This document shows, in pieces, positions 1 to 9,270 of a stretch of DNA of 36,253 nucleotides. The DNA is from a virus (taxonomy: Duplodnaviria > Caudoviricetes): positions 1 to 36,253 of IMG/VR virus record IMGVR_UViG_3300009193_000004; one strand, written 5' to 3'. Positions within the stretch are counted from its first letter, which is position 1, and each line of letters starts with the position of its first letter. Made by a program: the position numbers and the translations under genes. A model generated the notes under the pieces. That model worked only from the letters and a program-made list of their open reading frames with translations, ran no database searches and was not told the origin of the DNA.

Positions 1-123
1 ACAATCCAATATCAACAACCGTATTGTCCTTTATTTTTAAAACGCCACCAGCCCCTTTGAACGTTGTTTTTGAGTAAACTTTTAGCTGAGTAAAAATATA
101 CTCCTGATCAGTGGGCGAGGTTG
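1..123. repeat. Terminal direct repeat, copy 1 (circular assembly overlap)
   Basis: 1-123 is identical to 36131-36253 (ACAATCCAAT...GGGCGAGGTTG). Confidence 0.97.
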
Positions 124-1015
124 GCACAATAACCGTATTATAACCACCTCGATCTCTTGCGTACTCAAGAGATTTCGTTATTTTGTCGTTATCATCAGTA
201 GTTCCGTCACCAATAGCACCAAATTGTCGTATATTTATTTCTTCATTGAACAGGAGTTTAGCTTGAGTTTCAGGAGTGCTTATATAACTTCCTCCATCAT
301 CAGTTCCCGTTCCAGAAGCTACTATTTCATAGGTAGCCCCACCCCCGTCACTTGGCTCATAATATCCTAAAGTTTTAACCGCCATGCCAATAGATAGCGA
401 TACAACATCCCCTCCAGTTGTTGTTCCAGATTTAAGATCTTCTACATTTTTAAATACATAGTCAGTAATTAATGAAATGTCTTTTTTTGATAGGGATGAT
501 TCCTTACCTACAATTGAAGCGCAAATCTCATCTACACCAGTAGTAACAACAGCGTCTTGAATTATAATCGTAGTTTCACCAGCAGCGAAAGTTGACTCAA
601 CAACAGTAGAGTAAGAATACTCTGTGGTACCGTTATCTATTCTAACCTTTCTTTCTGGATCGTATTCATTGGTGAAGTTTCCATTTACCTTCAATGTTGT
701 AGGGTTAACATAAGATGCAGTAAGGCAGTTTACCCATTCATTAGGCTGAGCAGATGAAACAGGATCGGAAGACCATATCTCATTGTCATTATCATCTTTT
801 AACACCATCTTGTAAGAGCCGTCCAAATAAATATTTGCATAGCCCTCACCATTCAAGATAACCGGGTTAGTGTTTTCAACAACCTGATCTTCTGATTGAT
901 AAGTTGGTTTAGGTGCGTTTGTTCTGGCTTGGTATGTGTAAAGCTTACCGAAGGCCAACGGCTTTCCGTTACGGTCCCAAGCGTAAAACTTAGGGCCTAT
1001 CATTGCGACTGCCAT
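1..1015 (-). CDS. Tailspike/depolymerase, 5' part (head-binding domain and start of beta-helix); continues across the circular junction, ~707 aa in total
   Basis: Missing from the ORF track. ATG at 1015 lies 1 nt after the stop of the giant ORF and reads MAVAMIGPKFYAWDRNGKPLAFGKLYTYQARTNAPKPTY...NPVILNGEG (P22-like head-binding motif), then LGYYEPSDGGGATY and RQFGAIGDGTTDD (pectate-lyase-3-like start). It is in frame with 35022..36134 through the repeat. Confidence 0.9.
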   Translation of the reverse strand, partial: MAVAMIGPKFYAWDRNGKPLAFGKLYTYQARTNAPKPTYQSEDQVVENTNPVILNGEGYANIYLDGSYKMVLKDDNDNEIWSSDPVSSAQPNEWVNCLTASYVNPTTLKVNGNFTNEYDPERKVRIDNGTTEYSYSTVVESTFAAGETTIIIQDAVVTTGVDEICASIVGKESSLSKKDISLITDYVFKNVEDLKSGTTTGGDVVSLSIGMAVKTLGYYEPSDGGGATYEIVASGTGTDDGGSYISTPETQAKLLFNEEINIRQFGAIGDGTTDDNDKITKSLEYARDRGGYNTVIVPTSPTDQEYIFTQLKVYSKTTFKGAGGVLKIKDNTVVDIGL

Positions 1016-1016
1016 A

Positions 1017-4000
1017 TTATTTCTCCTGTTTTGCTTCTCGTTTGGCCTTCTGTAAAGCCTGATTAGCTTGGTTATAGTACGTTTCAAATGCTTTATTGCG
1101 AGCAAGCCATAACTTATCCATTTGCTCACGCTTTTCTTTACCAGACAAATTTTTATCATATTTAATTTTCAGCTCAGCGGTTTTAATCCCTTCCTTACCA
1201 TACATTAGCTTAATTAATTGATTCATAGAATCATTCAAGCCAAATAGAACTTCTTTCTCTTTGCCTGATAAACCATAAAATTTATCATCTTTAAACTTGC
1301 CAGTACCGCCTTGGCCTTTAATTTGTCGGCGAACGTCAACGGTTTGCTTAAAGGTTGACACTATTTTATCAGACTGCTCTTTTAGGTTAAAAAACTTCTC
1401 CATGTTTGCTGTTGCCGGGCGAACATCAGGAGTAAGGAATCGGCGTAAGAATACATTTTCTGATAGCTTGCGATCTGGCTTTTCGCCAAACTTCGATTCA
1501 TCCCAAAGAAGGTGATCTGTACCAGCCATTAAGTACCCACCAAGATAACCAGTGTACGCCTTAAACATGTGCTCAGCCTTAATAGGGCTAACCCCCAAAG
1601 CCTCACCCATGCGAACAAAGGTTTCACTTGTGTTTGATGTGTACTGTTCAGGAGCCTCAACATCAGAAAGTGATTGCGGAACAACTGGCGCACCAGTCCA
1701 CTTCTCGTTTCTAACCAGGTCCCACCACCCCGTCATCATTGCCGGAGTACCGTCAATCCCGTACATTTGCGTCATGGTCCATAACATACCGTCAGCAAAC
1801 TCTTTACCCTTGTCATCTTCTACATACTTTGCAAATAGCTCAGGCATCGTTGCATAAACAAAACCAACATCATAAGGACGAGGAATTTTAACGAACTGAC
1901 CGTCACCGATTTTAATATGCCAGTTAGTTCTTTTTTCGTAATCCGGTATTGCTTTGTAATCTTCGTCATCTTTATTCACCAAATAAAGGATCAGAGTCGG
2001 GACCGTAATACCAAGAAACGCCTTCATAGCCATAGCCGTAGGGTTTCCGTCATAACGCTTGCTTACTGCCGCCTCTCTAAATACACGATCCTGTGATTGA
2101 ACCATCGCGTTTAGGAACGGAACTGTGCGAATGTAGCCAGTCAGGAACCTGTTAGCACCAAGAACACTAAAGTCAGTTGAGATCTCTCTCGCATCAAAAC
2201 CAGCGTCCATATCAGACTTCATGTTTTTCTTGGCAAGTCTGTATTCACCAATACGAGTGCCATATTCAAAAGCACTAGCTAAGTTATCAATGCTGCTTAG
2301 TAATCTTTCAGGACCAGTCATCACGCCAAACTCATCAAGCTTAACTCTTCGCCTTGCCTGGCTGTCACGAGTAGCACCTTCTAGGCGGCTAGAGTGACCA
2401 CCACCGGAGCGAATAAAGTCCTGGTAATATTTGTCTTTAGCTAAAAACGAATACATACCCTGGAATGAGCTGATAAACGGCTTGAAGTTGTTCTTACTAA
2501 GGAACGTTGCGCCAACTGTATCACGCACCAGGTTAGCCCCGGTGAACTCAATACCTAGCGTAATGGTACGGGTAAAGAAGTTTTTAACCCCGAACATAAC
2601 ATTCATAAACGAGCTGTAGCTTTCAGGGTTCATTGACATAAGCATTTCTTGAAGTAGCGGATCTTGCACTTCGTAATACTTAGGCTTGCCGTTGATGATC
2701 ACTGAATCAACGATATTACCCGACTCGTTAACGCGAGGCGCAACGCCGTGTTGCCAGAAAGTAAGAAGCTCTTTACTAGCCAAATCAAGATCGCCTTCTA
2801 TCTCAATCCCGTTAGCCTCAAGCACTTTACTGATCTTAGCTTGCATTTCATCAGCGTAAACCTGAACAGGCTTAGAGTCCGGCGCTATCCTGGTTGCAAA
2901 AATTGCCCCGTCTTTATGGCCTGAAATATATTGATAAAGTCTTTGCTTAGCTCGGTTATTTAATGCCGATCGGACGTTGGCCGTTATGCCGTCTTGAATG
3001 TTCACCAAAATATCATTCAGGTTAGCGGTGCCACCTTTAAGTTTTTGGAATCCGGCACTAGCCGCACCTTTACCACCAGCAAGCTGATCGCGGATGCGGT
3101 TGAAAGGAACATAGTCTTTATTCATTGACTGCATTGTTTTACGACCTTCAGGCGTAACCATTCCGGCTTCTTCGTAAAAGTCCATCATGCGATCATTAAA
3201 CTGTTGGTACTCTTTCTGGATAGACTCAAACACCGGGTAATCTTTACCAAGGCGAGCCCATTCCTTAGCGGTTTCTTTAGGGATCAAGTTTTCACGCCTC
3301 TGTCGGTGAAGCTCTAACGCTCGGCGACCAGCAAAGTAACGCATTAGCAAATCAATCTTCTGATCGCCTTCATGTTCAGGCTTTAGCTTGATTGTTTTAA
3401 CTGGTTCCATCACTTCATGTAAGCTTTTGCCGCTACGCTTCAGATCGCCATTTTCGTCAAACTGAACGGTGCCATAGTTAAGAATGTAATCAGAGATACC
3501 TTCCGCGCCACCGTTAGCAATCCTGAATTGCTTCCAGGCTGACTCTTCAACGGTGCCAATTTTACGGGTTAGCTCTTGCTCAACCTTTCTTGCTGCATGG
3601 AATCGGTCAATAACTTGTTGGCGAATACGCGAGTCACGGCGATAAGCCCACTCATTAAAACGTTGCTTGAATGAAACGTCTTGACCAATTAACGCCTGGC
3701 CTAACTTATCAGGCCCTTGAAAGTAGAACTTGTGCATTAGGTCCTGCATATCACGCATAGGATTAAGCAGCTTACGATCACGCGCTAACTCATTGGTAAA
3801 CGCATCATAGAACTTAGGCGCTCTTAATTGTGCTTCATTGGCATTCGTTAGCCATAGGCGCACAAACTCAGCAAACCCTTCAATTTTTTCAATCTTCGGA
3901 TCAGCATCGGTATAGCTAAGCGCGGCCACTTCATTAGAATACTTCGGATCTTTATAAAGCTTTTGGAAGTTAGGCAAAGTGATATTTGAATACACATCAA

Positions 4001-7000
4001 GATAGTGGGCCATTTCATGCGCCAACACTTCAACGTCATTCTTGCGGCGCGTTCTGATCTCACCAACGTTAGGACGATAAAAACCTTCAGCAGACTTACC
4101 TTTGATTTTGCCAAAGTAAATACGGCGGCCAGTGATTTTAATCAGCTTACTCATGATCGGCTCAATGCGTTGCGGCGAATCAGGTATCTTTAACTTTCTG
4201 CCTTCAATGGTTACAAAGTCACGGCGCTCAGGTATCCCGGTTGAACGGAACATGCCAATGAAGTTATGACCAGGTGCATGAAATACACGCTCACCGTCTT
4301 TCGGTGTAGGTGAAACCTTGCTGTCATCCATCTTGTAGTTAAGCGTGTTAGTGTCGTTTTTCTCAATCGTCACCATTACAGTGTTAACGCCAGTCGAACG
4401 CTCAGAACCTTTAAAACTACCCTCAGGCAAGTCTTCAATGTAACTGCCAGCATCATCAAGCCACTCACGGAACTCAACCGCTTTCTTGCGTGAGTTCTTC
4501 ACGCCAGCGCCCATGATAGCCACAAGTTTTCCACCAGGTTTTAACAGATCATAAGCATGTTTTACATGGTCAATATCTTGGAAGTTTTCAAATGGTGGAT
4601 TCATTACAATGCGATCATACTGCTTGCCGGAGTATTCAAGGAAGTCATTACCAACAACGTTATAGCCTTTCACCTCAAGCAATGAAGCAAGTGAAGTGTT
4701 GTATTCAACAACATCAAGCGAGGCATCAGGCGCGGAAACCATGATCTGATCTGCAATATTACCCTTGCCAGCGGAAGGCTCTAAAACCTCATGCCCTGGT
4801 TTAATGTCTGCATAGTCAATCATCTGATCAACTAATGGCGTAGGAGTAGGAAAGAAGCCTTCAATCTTCTTGCCAACCAAATCACGCTCAAGCTTTTTAA
4901 CCGGGTCCTCTTGTCGCTTAGCCACTCGAAGAGAATCAAGCTCACGAATAGCGGCGCGTAGTTGCTCACCAGTAGAGATACCCAACTTTCCTAATCGGTT
5001 TAAAGTGGCAACCTGATCCGGTAGCCAGCTAAGAGAATAAGCCTCCAACAATCCGGCTTTGTTTGCGGCCATGATCTTGTCACCCTGTTCTTTTGTAAGC
5101 TTACGAAGTGAATCACGCTTGCCTTTTGGCAACTTGCGAAGATCAGCAGATAGGCGAGCATAACCGCGCTTACCTTTTAAGGTGTCGGCTACACGCTCAA
5201 TAATACCGCTATCAAGCTCGATACCAGGGAAATCAACAAGGTTAATGTAGTCGTCAACCGTTACGCCTTCTTTTAACGGTCGGCTAATTGAGTACCCATC
5301 AAACGAACCTTGCTCATACAAGTCATTAGGTATTGCACGCTTCTGAATGGTGATCAGCTCTTCAAGTTGTGTGACCTGGCTCATTTGTCCCAAGTGCTTA
5401 ACTTCACCTTCCTGAAGCTTAACGGCGATATTGCGAACCGTCTTAGCTAAAGCTAGTTGCTTCTCAGCTCTCTCAGTGGCGTTAGCAGCCATTGAAGCGC
5501 GTCTTGCTGTGTTAGATTGTCTTGGTCGGTTAATCTCTTCTGTGGCCTTGGCTTCCATCTTTTCAGCCATGTTTAGAAGATTGTCAGCGTTCTTTGACTG
5601 CTTAACTTCAGCTTTGGCTTCTGCAAAGTCGCTTTTATCCACATCTTTGCCAGATAGCAACTGTTCAAACTGATCAGCCGCTTCAACCGTTTTAAATTGA
5701 AAGCCTGGTATCGCGTCACCTTTTGAGTAAGAAGAGTAATAGCCGCCTAGCTGCTTAGCCTTTCCGCTTAACTCTCTGAACTGCTCTTTAGGTACACGGC
5801 CTACCATTTTGACCACAAACAGATCCGCACCTGTTTTAGTGTGCTTAGTTTGCGCTCGCTCAGTGGTTACAGCTTCAGCTTCAGCTTTGACAACATCAGA
5901 CTTCACTTCTGCCATTGATTCAGCAACTAGCTCGTCATAAGCGGCCAACTGTTCAGGGCTCATTTTGTCTTTACCGCGAACACGAATGAACTCTTTAAAC
6001 TCTGGCAAGGTTTCAGGGTTAGATAGTGACTTAACAAACTCGTCTTTACGCTGCTTCATTTGAGCGCGGTATTCACGTTGCTTCTCATAAGCTGCATCAA
6101 CATCGGCTTGAGTCTGCTTGTTAATTTTCTCCATCATTTGTTGTTCGTAGGTTTTTGAACCGCCGAAGATGGTAAACGTAGCGTCACCAATAACGTGCTG
6201 TGCAAGCATTCGCTCATACGCACTCTTAACCATTTGTGGCTTTTTGAGATCAGTACGTGGCGAGTGAGTTATCTCTTGAAGCATTGCCTTGGTGAACTTG
6301 CGATCACTCAACTTGGCTATGATAGCGTCCTTGTTTTTAACCAAGCTTTCAGCATCAGCTTTAATTTCGGAAACAGTAGCGGTTTGATTGGCTACCGATT
6401 CCATGAAAGAACGATAAGCTTGCGCTGGCTCAGTGGCGTAGTCTGCTTTAGGTGCTGGTACTTTATCGGCATCGGTTAAGTCTTTACCTTTCTTCCTACT
6501 AACAGATTCGACAACTTCAGACATTGGCTTAGTTGGCTTTTTAACTGGCTCCGGCTTATCAGCTTTAACGATAGAGCCAAAGTCATGCCAAACGCCTTTA
6601 ATTTTGGCTTGCTGATTAGCTTGAGAAATACCTTCAATTTCACCACCATCAAAGAAGGTTCCTTTTTTGTCACTCTTCACTGCCTTGGCATATTCGCCGC
6701 GAGTAAATGACTGCTCAGCCGGACCGCCTTCACTATCTTTAGCGTTCCAGTTGGTAAAGGTGTCTTTCTCTTTAGGTGAAGGTTGCGCCGCTGGCTCTGG
6801 TGTTGGTGCTTTAGCTTCTTCCGTGATCGCTGGCTTCTCATCAGTTACCGCCTTTTCAGGTTGAGCTTTAAGCTCTTGGGTTAACTTAGGGTTAGTGTGC
6901 CAGTTTTGCCAATCACGCTTTTGCTCTTTCAGTTCAGCAATACGGGCCTTGATAGCTTCAGGGTTCTTAACGTCAACGCCTTCTTTAGCGGCTAACTCTG

Positions 7001-9227
7001 GTCGTTTAGCTGCGCCCTGTACCGCCGACAAAGTTTTTTGAATTTCGTTTTGCTTCTTAACTGCTGCTTTCGCCAGGTTTTCAGCTTCGACCATAGCCGA
7101 GTCATCAAAGCCAAACAGATCACCGCTTTGCTGCGCGGTTTCGTCCGTCATGGTTTTAACGGCTTTAACCATGTTCTCAGCTACGGCAATCGTTTTGCCT
7201 TCTTGAATAGCCTTAATGCCTACAGCTTGCAAGGCTTCATTGCGTGGTGCCGCTTCAGCTATACGAGTAGCAGCCTCATCAGTTAGCTGATCGTTTCGGT
7301 GGCTGGTAATGAGCGCATCACTTCCTTCAGTTGCGATTGTGAAAGCCCGTTTGCCCGTCTGCCTTGCCAGTATTCCTTGTGACTCTGCTTCTTGTTTTCT
7401 TGGTTTTGTTGCTTTGATGAAATCGACATAATCTTTTACCTTACCTTGACCTTCACGAATATTAAGCATGGCATCAAGCACAGCCGCCTGATCTGCTCCG
7501 AAACCTTCAGACTCATAATGATATTGAGCCGGGATTGTTTTTTCTCCACTGCGTTCAGCTAAGTCTAAACGGTGGCGACCGCTGATCACTTCTTTGCGAC
7601 CATCTTCACGGACCCATATTTGAACAGGAGCAACGCCAGTTCTTTCAAACTTACCGCCTAATGGCTCAACAACTCCTTTAACGTTAGCGCCTTCTTTGAA
7701 TTGAGGAACGTCTTCACTAATGGTTATTTCTTCAATCGGTGCCTCAACAACTTCTTTACCAACGATTTGTTGTTTAACTGGCTTCTCTTCAGGTAACTCA
7801 AGCGCGACAGGCTCTTGCTCAGTAGTTTGAGTCTTATCAATTTCAAACTCTTGCTTAACAACTGGCTTGGCTGGCTCAGGCTTGGCTTGCGCCTCTTTTG
7901 CTTTAAGCTCTTGTTTTTGTTGTTGTTTTTGCTCATTTTGTATTTGGGCTTGATCAGGTGATAGCGCTTCAATAGCTGCTTGTTCAGTACCTACAACCTC
8001 AGTTGCTTCAATGTCTTTTTCAAGCTGCTTAGCAATAACCTTTTCAGGTGAATAGTTGATCTCGTTAGCGGTAGCCATAACACCGCCGCCAGTACCACCA
8101 AATACACCGCCAGCAACAGCGCCAGCCGCAGCCTGATCAAGCGCCTCCTTCCAATCCATTGCAACGTCAGTGCCGTAACGCTCACCAACATATTCAATCA
8201 TGCCTTCCTGAATTGCTTCAGTGGCCGCTTCTTTGGTCATGGCTTTGCCGCCAGCAGCAGCAACACGTTTAGTAGAATTTAAAATACCAGCCTTCAAGAT
8301 CTCTTTCCCGATCTCTTCTTTGCCAGCCTGGGTAATGCCTTTAGCACCGATACGCTCAAGCAATGAAGCGGCAACGGCAAAAGGCGCGGCCTCGAGTACA
8401 TCTTCAAGCTCAGCGCTTTCCTTGCCTTTATTTTGAGCTCTCTGTTCGCCAATCTCACCAGAACGGGCAAATATGTAAGCAGGCAAAGCGGTAATGGCCG
8501 CCACCATATCAGGGACAGACTTAACACCTTGCTCAAGTCCGTATTCCAAAACGTCAGCATAAGCGCTACCGGATAACGGACCACCTTCAGAGAATGACTT
8601 CTTAACATCTTCCCATCCGACTTTCTCTTGATAGCCAAGATCAATATCTTTAAGAACGTCGGCGCCTTTAGTTAGGATTGGTTCAGCTTCTCGCTTAGCC
8701 CATTCTTCAGGACCAAGCACAGAAGGGATAATGTCACCATCTTCCCAAACGAAACCGCCCATAGGTAACTTCTGTTCAAGTCCAGAACCAACCGTTTCAA
8801 TGGTCTGAAGCAATGCGCCGCCAACGTCACCAGCTCTTTCACCAGCACCAGCGCCCCAGTTTTTGAGCTTACCGCTAACGAGCTCTAACATGCTTTGATC
8901 TTCAGGTGCTTTCATTGCGGCGCCAGTAAAGCCATCAACGGCTTGCTGTGGGATTTGTTGCGCTGGTAAACTTTCACCTTGAACTGGTAAAGTTTCTTGC
9001 TGAAGTGGTAAATTATTGCCAGGTAAAGCGCCTAAATTGGCATCAACTGGTAAATTATCTTGCTGGACTGGTTCAATCGGTGCGACTTGAAAGCCGATTT
9101 TTTGATTAAATTGTTCAATTGGAATGTCTGAATAGTATTTGCCATGAAGAGCTGTAACCAGTTGGTCATCAGCCATATCATTGTATTGAGGGTTTTGTTC
9201 TCTAAAGCTTTGTATGAACTCGCTCAC
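1017..9227 (-). CDS. Giant DNA-ejection/internal virion 'polyvalent' protein (ParB-like, N6-adenine MTase, HExxH peptidase-like, LPD38-like domains)
   Basis: 2736-aa ORF, GTG start with AGGAGA SD, in the P22 gp16 position after two ejection genes. Motifs: ISGRHRLDLA; FFPTP/LEPSAGKG/NPPF; HEMAH..EGFAE; C-terminal PFLNA...KIPRPYDVG. Confidence 0.85.
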   Translation of the reverse strand: MSEFIQSFREQNPQYNDMADDQLVTALHGKYYSDIPIEQFNQKIGFQVAPIEPVQQDNLPVDANLGALPGNNLPLQQETLPVQGESLPAQQIPQQAVDGFTGAAMKAPEDQSMLELVSGKLKNWGAGAGERAGDVGGALLQTIETVGSGLEQKLPMGGFVWEDGDIIPSVLGPEEWAKREAEPILTKGADVLKDIDLGYQEKVGWEDVKKSFSEGGPLSGSAYADVLEYGLEQGVKSVPDMVAAITALPAYIFARSGEIGEQRAQNKGKESAELEDVLEAAPFAVAASLLERIGAKGITQAGKEEIGKEILKAGILNSTKRVAAAGGKAMTKEAATEAIQEGMIEYVGERYGTDVAMDWKEALDQAAAGAVAGGVFGGTGGGVMATANEINYSPEKVIAKQLEKDIEATEVVGTEQAAIEALSPDQAQIQNEQKQQQKQELKAKEAQAKPEPAKPVVKQEFEIDKTQTTEQEPVALELPEEKPVKQQIVGKEVVEAPIEEITISEDVPQFKEGANVKGVVEPLGGKFERTGVAPVQIWVREDGRKEVISGRHRLDLAERSGEKTIPAQYHYESEGFGADQAAVLDAMLNIREGQGKVKDYVDFIKATKPRKQEAESQGILARQTGKRAFTIATEGSDALITSHRNDQLTDEAATRIAEAAPRNEALQAVGIKAIQEGKTIAVAENMVKAVKTMTDETAQQSGDLFGFDDSAMVEAENLAKAAVKKQNEIQKTLSAVQGAAKRPELAAKEGVDVKNPEAIKARIAELKEQKRDWQNWHTNPKLTQELKAQPEKAVTDEKPAITEEAKAPTPEPAAQPSPKEKDTFTNWNAKDSEGGPAEQSFTRGEYAKAVKSDKKGTFFDGGEIEGISQANQQAKIKGVWHDFGSIVKADKPEPVKKPTKPMSEVVESVSRKKGKDLTDADKVPAPKADYATEPAQAYRSFMESVANQTATVSEIKADAESLVKNKDAIIAKLSDRKFTKAMLQEITHSPRTDLKKPQMVKSAYERMLAQHVIGDATFTIFGGSKTYEQQMMEKINKQTQADVDAAYEKQREYRAQMKQRKDEFVKSLSNPETLPEFKEFIRVRGKDKMSPEQLAAYDELVAESMAEVKSDVVKAEAEAVTTERAQTKHTKTGADLFVVKMVGRVPKEQFRELSGKAKQLGGYYSSYSKGDAIPGFQFKTVEAADQFEQLLSGKDVDKSDFAEAKAEVKQSKNADNLLNMAEKMEAKATEEINRPRQSNTARRASMAANATERAEKQLALAKTVRNIAVKLQEGEVKHLGQMSQVTQLEELITIQKRAIPNDLYEQGSFDGYSISRPLKEGVTVDDYINLVDFPGIELDSGIIERVADTLKGKRGYARLSADLRKLPKGKRDSLRKLTKEQGDKIMAANKAGLLEAYSLSWLPDQVATLNRLGKLGISTGEQLRAAIRELDSLRVAKRQEDPVKKLERDLVGKKIEGFFPTPTPLVDQMIDYADIKPGHEVLEPSAGKGNIADQIMVSAPDASLDVVEYNTSLASLLEVKGYNVVGNDFLEYSGKQYDRIVMNPPFENFQDIDHVKHAYDLLKPGGKLVAIMGAGVKNSRKKAVEFREWLDDAGSYIEDLPEGSFKGSERSTGVNTVMVTIEKNDTNTLNYKMDDSKVSPTPKDGERVFHAPGHNFIGMFRSTGIPERRDFVTIEGRKLKIPDSPQRIEPIMSKLIKITGRRIYFGKIKGKSAEGFYRPNVGEIRTRRKNDVEVLAHEMAHYLDVYSNITLPNFQKLYKDPKYSNEVAALSYTDADPKIEKIEGFAEFVRLWLTNANEAQLRAPKFYDAFTNELARDRKLLNPMRDMQDLMHKFYFQGPDKLGQALIGQDVSFKQRFNEWAYRRDSRIRQQVIDRFHAARKVEQELTRKIGTVEESAWKQFRIANGGAEGISDYILNYGTVQFDENGDLKRSGKSLHEVMEPVKTIKLKPEHEGDQKIDLLMRYFAGRRALELHRQRRENLIPKETAKEWARLGKDYPVFESIQKEYQQFNDRMMDFYEEAGMVTPEGRKTMQSMNKDYVPFNRIRDQLAGGKGAASAGFQKLKGGTANLNDILVNIQDGITANVRSALNNRAKQRLYQYISGHKDGAIFATRIAPDSKPVQVYADEMQAKISKVLEANGIEIEGDLDLASKELLTFWQHGVAPRVNESGNIVDSVIINGKPKYYEVQDPLLQEMLMSMNPESYSSFMNVMFGVKNFFTRTITLGIEFTGANLVRDTVGATFLSKNNFKPFISSFQGMYSFLAKDKYYQDFIRSGGGHSSRLEGATRDSQARRRVKLDEFGVMTGPERLLSSIDNLASAFEYGTRIGEYRLAKKNMKSDMDAGFDAREISTDFSVLGANRFLTGYIRTVPFLNAMVQSQDRVFREAAVSKRYDGNPTAMAMKAFLGITVPTLILYLVNKDDEDYKAIPDYEKRTNWHIKIGDGQFVKIPRPYDVGFVYATMPELFAKYVEDDKGKEFADGMLWTMTQMYGIDGTPAMMTGWWDLVRNEKWTGAPVVPQSLSDVEAPEQYTSNTSETFVRMGEALGVSPIKAEHMFKAYTGYLGGYLMAGTDHLLWDESKFGEKPDRKLSENVFLRRFLTPDVRPATANMEKFFNLKEQSDKIVSTFKQTVDVRRQIKGQGGTGKFKDDKFYGLSGKEKEVLFGLNDSMNQLIKLMYGKEGIKTAELKIKYDKNLSGKEKREQMDKLWLARNKAFETYYNQANQALQKAKREAKQEK

Positions 9228-9246
9228 GGCGGCTCTCCTGTATTAA

Positions 9247-9264
9247 AGCCCTAATTAAAGGGCT
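9247..9264. other. Small intergenic hairpin
   Basis: AGCCCT-AATTAA-AGGGCT between two ejection genes; only a weak U-tract follows on the minus strand. Confidence 0.35.
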
Positions 9265-9270
9265 CGTTTA

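Noticed and set aside
7430-7750. ParB-like domain as evidence of a plasmid prophage
   Set aside because: No ParA or recognisable parS array, and the domain is embedded in a late structural gene.
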